Source of the DNA: Candidatus Poseidoniaceae archaeon | GTDB lineage: Archaea > Thermoplasmatota > Poseidoniia > Poseidoniales > Poseidoniaceae | Length of the DNA: 64,000 bases | Reading direction: 5' to 3' | NCBI GenBank assembly: GCA_943788655.1 | Contig: CALSRB010000002.1 | Span: forward strand, 200,989-264,988 | Shown: one piece after another, positions 58,509 through 64,000 of the stretch | How the letters are laid out: each line of letters starts with the position of its first letter | Numbering within the stretch: position 1 is the first letter of the stretch | Notes under the pieces: model-generated | Databases searched by the model: none | Seen by the model: the letters and a program-made list of their open reading frames with translations, nothing else | Told to the model about the DNA's origin: nothing | Position numbers and translations under genes: made by a program

Positions 58509-58961
58509 TTACCAGTCTTCTGGAATCTCAAGTGGCGAGAACAACTGCCCTGGCCCTTGCGCCCGAGACAATTGAGCACGTGACAATGCTTCCCAAGGCC
58601 GCAATGCAAGCAATCCTTCGGCAAGTGTGGCCTCAATTTCCACAAGGGTTACACGTATTAGCGTCGAAAGGATGTCCATTCGATCTTCATCAATGATTTT
58701 GAACACCTTTTCGAGGTCGAACGTCGCGCTGACATCACCTTGGCTGCCTTCTTCGATTGGCCAAGGAGCTGTGATTCGCTCACTGAAAGACTGCCCACTT
58801 GCTTCGATGTGAGCATCAAGCGAACGGGAAAGACCTGCGATGTGACGGCCAACAACGAGACTGACTTCTATCAAAGGCATGTTGAGTTGGTTAATCAGGT
58901 TGACCACGCGCTCTTGCATCGTCACCATGCCTTCGACGGCAGCGTCGGGTGTGTCGCTCAT
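58509..58961 (-). CDS. Hypothetical cytoplasmic protein of 150 aa, tightly coupled (9 nt) downstream of the giant surface-protein gene
   Basis: ATG verified at 58961. A 9-nt gap separates it from the TGA of the upstream giant ORF. No TM helix and no motif recognised. Confidence 0.45.
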   Translation of the reverse strand: MSDTPDAAVEGMVTMQERVVNLINQLNMPLIEVSLVVGRHIAGLSRSLDAHIEASGQSFSERITAPWPIEEGSQGDVSATFDLEKVFKIIDEDRMDILSTLIRVTLVEIEATLAEGLLALRPWEALSRAQLSRAQGPGQLFSPLEIPEDW

Positions 58962-58970
58962 TGCTAAGCC

Positions 58971-61900
58971 TCACTTCTTCATTGATTCGACGTACTGCCA
59001 ACCAAAGTGATTCCACTGGTCTTGAGTCCAACCTTCAGGAAGGCCTGTTGGTGGGAGTGGAGGTGGGGGTCGTTGCCCTGGAGCAAGAGGCTGTGCTGGC
59101 GCTGGAGCGACGGGAGCAAGTGGAGCAGCAGGTTGAGCCTGTGTTGGTGGTGCATGTGTCGCATCTGCGAATTCTGGAAGGACCTTTGCAGTGTTCATAT
59201 CTTCCACTACAGATTGGGTTTCATCGGTGAGGCCACCCTCAAGACCTTCTGTACGGATTCTGCGGTTGAGAACCAACATCCACATGGCCAAGGAAAGTGA
59301 TACCAAAGCGACAATGTAGAGCACAATAGCGAAGGTACTTTCCGAGGCTTGTTGTGCGAGTGCGTCACCATCACGAACCGTTTCTCCCTTGACAATCAGG
59401 GGGTCAACAGTACGACGGTCCATTTCGACTTCATCAACCAAAACCAACAAACGATATTCGACGCTTTCACCCTCGCCGACATCTGCGACGGTGGCCATCT
59501 GTGCTTCTGTCAAACCACCTGCAGTGGCGACGAGATCGACGCGTACGACTTCTGCCCAGAACCCGCCCTCTACGGCCCGCTGGAGCACGTAGGCGACGTC
59601 ACCCTTGCCACCTTGATTCAAAACCTGAACTTCCAGATAGACAGCTTCTCCTTCAACTGGCGAAGGATTGTTCCATGAGAGGACCGTGTCGTCATGACTC
59701 AAATCGAGTGATGGGCCAAGCAGTGCCAGAGGCCACGATGCGATTGGTGTCGAAAGTGAGTTGTCGAGCGTATCGAAAGGATTGCCTGCAGCGTCTGAGC
59801 CTGAGACCCAGACATCAACCACGTAGGATGGAAGCAGAACTGTTGCCCCGGCGTCTGTTAGGTCGAGGTGGCCGGTCCAGAAGAATTGCTCACCAAATGG
59901 TGTTGTGTCGGGAAGTGGGAGGCTGCCTCGAGAGATTTCTGCCTCTCCTGCACGAACTCTGTAATGGAGAACCGCCGGTTCATCAAGATCGAATCCATAA
60001 TCATCCAGGGTCTCAAGCATCACGAGCAAGTCGCCAGCGTCACCAATTGAGAGAGGGGAATCGGAGGAGACTTCGTTGAGTGCAATGGCTGAGATGGTTG
60101 GGCGTGAACTGTCGACTGCAAGTCGAACGCGAGGAATAATGGATGTTTCATCCATGGCAATTCCCGGCAAGTCATCCAGACCCAATCGAAGGTCTAAGTG
60201 CCCAGACCGAACCGATGGAATCAACAAATCAAGGCTAAATTCACCAGCATCTCGTGTCGATGTTCGCCATGTGTAGTCATAATCACCAAACACGACGTCA
60301 AACGCACCAGCAGGAGCAGGCGTGTCATCTTCGGAAAACAGAACGCGACCGTTCACCCTCAAGGCTTGTCCTGCACCGATGAGCGTCTCGCTGAATTCAT
60401 TGTTGTAATGGTTGGTTCCATCCCTCAATTCTACGGCACGAATGTGTCCATCCATTGTATCGAATCGGAAGTCATTGTCCAAACTCCATGCGTCATTCCC
60501 AAGGCCAGCCTTTGCTTCGAAACATGGCGTTTCTTCGCCCACATTGCACGGCAAATCGGTTACCAAAATCTTCGGAATGATTCTTGACTCCCCATTGGTG
60601 TCAAACACTTCAGGGAAGGTCCAAGTCAATTGGAACCTCGCAAGGATTTTGATGATGCTGTTGTTCGCCTCATCAATCGATACAGAGGAGTAGAGGTTCG
60701 AAACAGCGATGCTGCCAGATCCGGCCTCCATGACGGCGGTTGGCATTCCGTTTTGGTCAGCCATGAGTGAGATAAAGATCGAAGTATCATCGTCATCGTA
60801 ATCGCCACCAAGCGCTAACTGAACATATTGGATATCTTGCCATCCATTCCGGTCTGAAAGAACAATTTGAGCTGAGTACGGAATACCAGGGTGCAGCGGT
60901 GATTTGTCATCGTGACCAAGAATGGTGGAATTATCCAAATCCAATTGCGGTTCAAATTCAACACGGATTTTGTAAGTGCCCAGGTCGTTGTCCCAATCTG
61001 GAACGGTTTCACCAGGAGCATAGCCACATGGAATGGTCGAGTCTGGGCACACTGGGCCCTTCCCCATCGCCACAGCATTGTCTTGTGCATCCTTTCCGGT
61101 CACATAGTAGGAGACTTGTTGGCCGTGGCCAAGCATTGAATCGTCAATCAATCCCTGGAAAATATTCAGGCCGCCGGGTTGTATTTCTGGAGAAGAGAGT
61201 GTTTTTATCTCATATTCGTCTTCATTCGGCAGGCCATCAAAGTTGTAATCGCTGCAGCCAATAGCGGAACTTGCTTTGCATCCAATCCAGTAGTGCAATG
61301 AAATTTGATTCGGTGGATCGACTGAATCCTGGATGGCAACACTGAGAGATTGTCCGCCAGGAGCGGGTGGGCCCGCGTGGCGCTCTTCACCGTCACCGGG
61401 GGTTGAGGACAGAACGAGCGGTGAATTCCCATCAAGAATCAAACGCAGGGTATTGTAACCCGGATTGGTATAGGTGGAACCGTTTGGAAGGTCGCTTGGA
61501 ATCACATAGAATATCATTCCACCAGGTGAAGACTCAAGCGGTGCAGTGAAGGTCATGTTGTACTCACCAAACGCCGGATTCTGCTCGACTGCCAGCACGA
61601 CAGGTTCGCCGATTGGGTCTCCGTCATAGGTGACGTTTTGTCCGATAATGGTCATGTTGAATTGACCAGCAAGCGGTGAAAGTTGGGAATCTTGGAAATG
61701 AATCCCACCAGTGAATGTGAGGTTGAAACCGCCACGTACCCAATCCTGATTGTAGAGTTCCCTCCCAGTCTCTTCATAGACACGAAGGCCATCGAGTTGG
61801 ATATCATTTTCCACAACCAAATCAAGCGAACTTGTCTCCCATGCAGAGACAGAAAGACCGAGATCATCCTCTACCGAGATGAGCGCCTCGGTTCCAGATT

Positions 61901-64000
61901 CGTCGTCCCAAGCCCAATCGATTCTGAGCGGCATGCGAATGGAAACAACGCCCAACGCATCGGTCGTTGAGGTGCAATTGGCCGCATCGAACATAACAAT
62001 GCCTTCACCATCGCTGACAACAGTGCAAACATCACCACGTTCCCAGCTAAACGCTGGATTTTCACCGTATGAATTGCCGAGAGCAACAAGTGCATCGGTC
62101 ACATAGTCAACATCGTCTCCTGGTGCAACGCGGGTCACAAGGTTCCTGTAGGCACCATCGGGAGCGATAAGGCCACCTTCGAGTGATGCGTCGACAGCGC
62201 GGGTTTGCATCTTGTACGCAACATCGATGTTTGAGATCTTAACTCGGCCGGAACTTGCAGCCTTGATGGCAATCGGGACAAGGATGTCACCGTCACCGTT
62301 TTCTGGGACAGCGTCATTAAACGCATCAATGAGCATAGGTGCGAACTTCACATCGACACCCACGACAGACTCGTCACTCGCCTCGACAGCAGATTCGTTC
62401 AGGAAAAGAAGTGATTCCCATTCCCAAACTTGGTCGTTCCCGATGTCGATCCGTGGTCGGTCCGGGTAGCCTTCCTCGTATTCGAGGAGCATGCTGTCCA
62501 TCGTCGGAGTCAGGCTGGGGTCAGAGGTCGACATGCTGACGGCGTACCGAACCGTTGAACCTGCTTCATCCGCCGTGAAACTTACTTCTTGTCCGTTCGT
62601 GGCTGGCAACCATGTGCTCCCGTTATCATTGGAAACTTGAACCTGCAGTGTGGTACCTGCTGGAGTTGTCGAAATCCATTGGGGTCGAACCTTGCCAACC
62701 TTTGTCCCGGCTGTGAACGGATCAGAGGTCCATGAGCCACTTGAAACATAGGATGTTGACATCTCAACATCGACCCACCAAGAGACTGCCGTCGAACCGA
62801 TCAACTGCGCCTTCCAAACGAGTTCTGTCCCGGGGTATGCAAAGTGAATCGTCTCATTCGAGGTGACCGATTCCCAATGCGTTCCGTTATCAGCAGAAAT
62901 CCAGTAATCAACACGGTCACCGGTCGATGCTGCCGACCAGTAGGTCTGCATGTTTGCAGCGACAATGTCATCGCCGGATGTCGTAACGGGCCCATACCAT
63001 GTCGTGGTACCCGGCGCAGGTGTGGTTTTGTATTGCCAACCAGTACCGTATTCACGGTAGTAAAGAGTGGAAGAGGACCATGTTGAGTAGCCACAGTCAA
63101 TTGTCACGAATCTGTTCCCGTCGAATTGGAGGCCATAGCCGAGAGCGGAGAGGAGACGAGTACCGATTTGTGGAACAAGCGAGGATGAAGATCCTGAAAT
63201 CGACCACGCTTCAAGCTGGTCCTTATCTTGGCTCGTGGAACCTTTTTGGCAGCGCATGAAGAAGGTGGTTGAATTAACTTCCAAACCACGAACTTGCTGA
63301 CCTGTTTTCCCACACTCGAATGATGTTCCAGAAGAAGATGAATAGGAGTACATATTCGTACCACGTTGGTATTGCCCGTCACCTGCACTGGAGAATGTGT
63401 AGGGAACAATACGACGTTGACTGTTGTGAACAATCCAGATGTCTTCGGTGTCCCGGTCATATGCAATGCCGGTGTAATCAGAGTATTGTGGTGAAACATC
63501 GTAGGTGTCGATGCACGTCCAAGTGTCATCTCGGGAGATATCCATTTCAACAACACGATGGTATTGGGATGGTGCAGTTGCGCTGTAATGATAACGGTAC
63601 CCTGAGAGGATGCCGAACATACGCTCATCATCGGTGATGGTCCAGTCTCGGAATCCATATGAGCCATAATAGCTGCTCGGGTGGAGGAAATCGATGCTGC
63701 AATCGGCTTCATCAAGGGTAATGGTTGATTCACGAGACAAATTATTTGGATAAAGGCGGTCGACGATGTTATGGAAGGTCGAGCCGCTCCACTTGGACAT
63801 AAACACCCAATCGTGATGCTTGAGAACGGCACCTTGAGATTGCTTGGTTAGGCTACTGCTTGTTTTGAGAACCTGTTGAGAAAATCTGTTTTCCGTTGCG
63901 TTGGAAGTGTGAGGTTGGCGCAAGGCATACGAGCCATTGTCCAGCCAAGCATCGGAGTTCCCATCTGTGAATTCCTCATAACCATGGGGGAAGAAGGAGT
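58971..64000 (-). CDS. Giant cell-surface protein of more than 1670 aa, 5'-truncated at the window edge. It has a large beta-rich ectodomain, one C-terminal TM helix, and a 98-aa Pro-rich cytoplasmic tail that ends in the same W-rich motif as the S8 protease at 28016..33001.
   Basis: The frame is open to position 64000; the track 'start' at 63923 is a TTG in-frame with upstream sense codons. The TM is FAIVLYIVALVSLSLAMWMLVL. The tail NRRIRTEGLEGG...PPPPLPPTGLPEGWTQDQWNHFGWQYVESMKK aligns with the protease tail. Many N-x-S/T sequons. Confidence 0.7.
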   Translation of the reverse strand, partial: SFFPHGYEEFTDGNSDAWLDNGSYALRQPHTSNATENRFSQQVLKTSSSLTKQSQGAVLKHHDWVFMSKWSGSTFHNIVDRLYPNNLSRESTITLDEADCSIDFLHPSSYYGSYGFRDWTITDDERMFGILSGYRYHYSATAPSQYHRVVEMDISRDDTWTCIDTYDVSPQYSDYTGIAYDRDTEDIWIVHNSQRRIVPYTFSSAGDGQYQRGTNMYSYSSSSGTSFECGKTGQQVRGLEVNSTTFFMRCQKGSTSQDKDQLEAWSISGSSSSLVPQIGTRLLSALGYGLQFDGNRFVTIDCGYSTWSSSTLYYREYGTGWQYKTTPAPGTTTWYGPVTTSGDDIVAANMQTYWSAASTGDRVDYWISADNGTHWESVTSNETIHFAYPGTELVWKAQLIGSTAVSWWVDVEMSTSYVSSGSWTSDPFTAGTKVGKVRPQWISTTPAGTTLQVQVSNDNGSTWLPATNGQEVSFTADEAGSTVRYAVSMSTSDPSLTPTMDSMLLEYEEGYPDRPRIDIGNDQVWEWESLLFLNESAVEASDESVVGVDVKFAPMLIDAFNDAVPENGDGDILVPIAIKAASSGRVKISNIDVAYKMQTRAVDASLEGGLIAPDGAYRNLVTRVAPGDDVDYVTDALVALGNSYGENPAFSWERGDVCTVVSDGEGIVMFDAANCTSTTDALGVVSIRMPLRIDWAWDDESGTEALISVEDDLGLSVSAWETSSLDLVVENDIQLDGLRVYEETGRELYNQDWVRGGFNLTFTGGIHFQDSQLSPLAGQFNMTIIGQNVTYDGDPIGEPVVLAVEQNPAFGEYNMTFTAPLESSPGGMIFYVIPSDLPNGSTYTNPGYNTLRLILDGNSPLVLSSTPGDGEERHAGPPAPGGQSLSVAIQDSVDPPNQISLHYWIGCKASSAIGCSDYNFDGLPNEDEYEIKTLSSPEIQPGGLNIFQGLIDDSMLGHGQQVSYYVTGKDAQDNAVAMGKGPVCPDSTIPCGYAPGETVPDWDNDLGTYKIRVEFEPQLDLDNSTILGHDDKSPLHPGIPYSAQIVLSDRNGWQDIQYVQLALGGDYDDDDTSIFISLMADQNGMPTAVMEAGSGSIAVSNLYSSVSIDEANNSIIKILARFQLTWTFPEVFDTNGESRIIPKILVTDLPCNVGEETPCFEAKAGLGNDAWSLDNDFRFDTMDGHIRAVELRDGTNHYNNEFSETLIGAGQALRVNGRVLFSEDDTPAPAGAFDVVFGDYDYTWRTSTRDAGEFSLDLLIPSVRSGHLDLRLGLDDLPGIAMDETSIIPRVRLAVDSSRPTISAIALNEVSSDSPLSIGDAGDLLVMLETLDDYGFDLDEPAVLHYRVRAGEAEISRGSLPLPDTTPFGEQFFWTGHLDLTDAGATVLLPSYVVDVWVSGSDAAGNPFDTLDNSLSTPIASWPLALLGPSLDLSHDDTVLSWNNPSPVEGEAVYLEVQVLNQGGKGDVAYVLQRAVEGGFWAEVVRVDLVATAGGLTEAQMATVADVGEGESVEYRLLVLVDEVEMDRRTVDPLIVKGETVRDGDALAQQASESTFAIVLYIVALVSLSLAMWMLVLNRRIRTEGLEGGLTDETQSVVEDMNTAKVLPEFADATHAPPTQAQPAAPLAPVAPAPAQPLAPGQRPPPPLPPTGLPEGWTQDQWNHFGWQYVESMKK

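Overview
This window reads as a 64 kb archaeal chromosome segment and shows no plasmid, phage, transposase, integrase or CRISPR signal. Ribosomal protein S24e, S27ae, S15P, Spt4, RNA polymerase subunit E', aIF6, RNase P Rpp21, ArcS and a type II GAPDH all point to an archaeon. A 23S-5S rRNA unit on the minus strand has no adjacent 16S, and together with the many giant ectoproteins and S8 peptidases this fits a Thermoplasmatota / Marine-Group-II-like organism; that placement is inference only. About 57 features are supported.

Feature inventory:
- Two tRNAs: Thr-GGU on the plus strand and Ser-GGA on the minus strand.
- 23S and 5S rRNA with a visible leader/trailer processing helix.
- Housekeeping genes: sufS, proline dehydrogenase, a Dtd2-like protein, purC, aIF6, adk, gap, pheT, an SRAP/YedK protein, rnhB, GluRS, rps15, arcS, dnaJ, a GT2 glycosyltransferase and a YhbY-like protein.
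- A conserved rpoE'-spt4-rps24e-rps27ae cluster; the 57-aa S27ae is missing from the ORF track.
- A bacterial-type NaChBac-like voltage-gated Na+ channel.
- Five large membrane-anchored surface proteins (1906 aa, 1686 aa, more than 1650 aa, 826 aa and 742 aa), one of which is an S8 subtilase, plus a second smaller membrane-anchored subtilase and a zincin lipoprotein.

Most notable observations:
1. Two otherwise unrelated giant ectoproteins share a near-identical C-terminal cytoplasmic tail: a juxtamembrane R-x-R-T-[EG]-[EL]-L-E stretch, a Pro-rich linker, and a terminal PPLPP-x-GLP-[DE]-GWT-x-x-QW-x-H-[YF]-G-x-Q-[WY].
2. Each giant surface-protein gene is tightly followed by a small cytoplasmic ORF.
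3. Several membrane proteins carry cytoplasmic zinc ribbons.
4. One ORF fuses pyroglutamyl-peptidase I to a MutT-type NUDIX hydrolase.
5. A NaChBac-like sodium channel occurs in an archaeal context.
6. A bulge-helix-bulge-like long-range helix flanks the orphan 23S gene.

The ORF track uses GTG and TTG as well as ATG starts, so several starts were moved to the first plausible ATG. All boundaries are by-eye calls.
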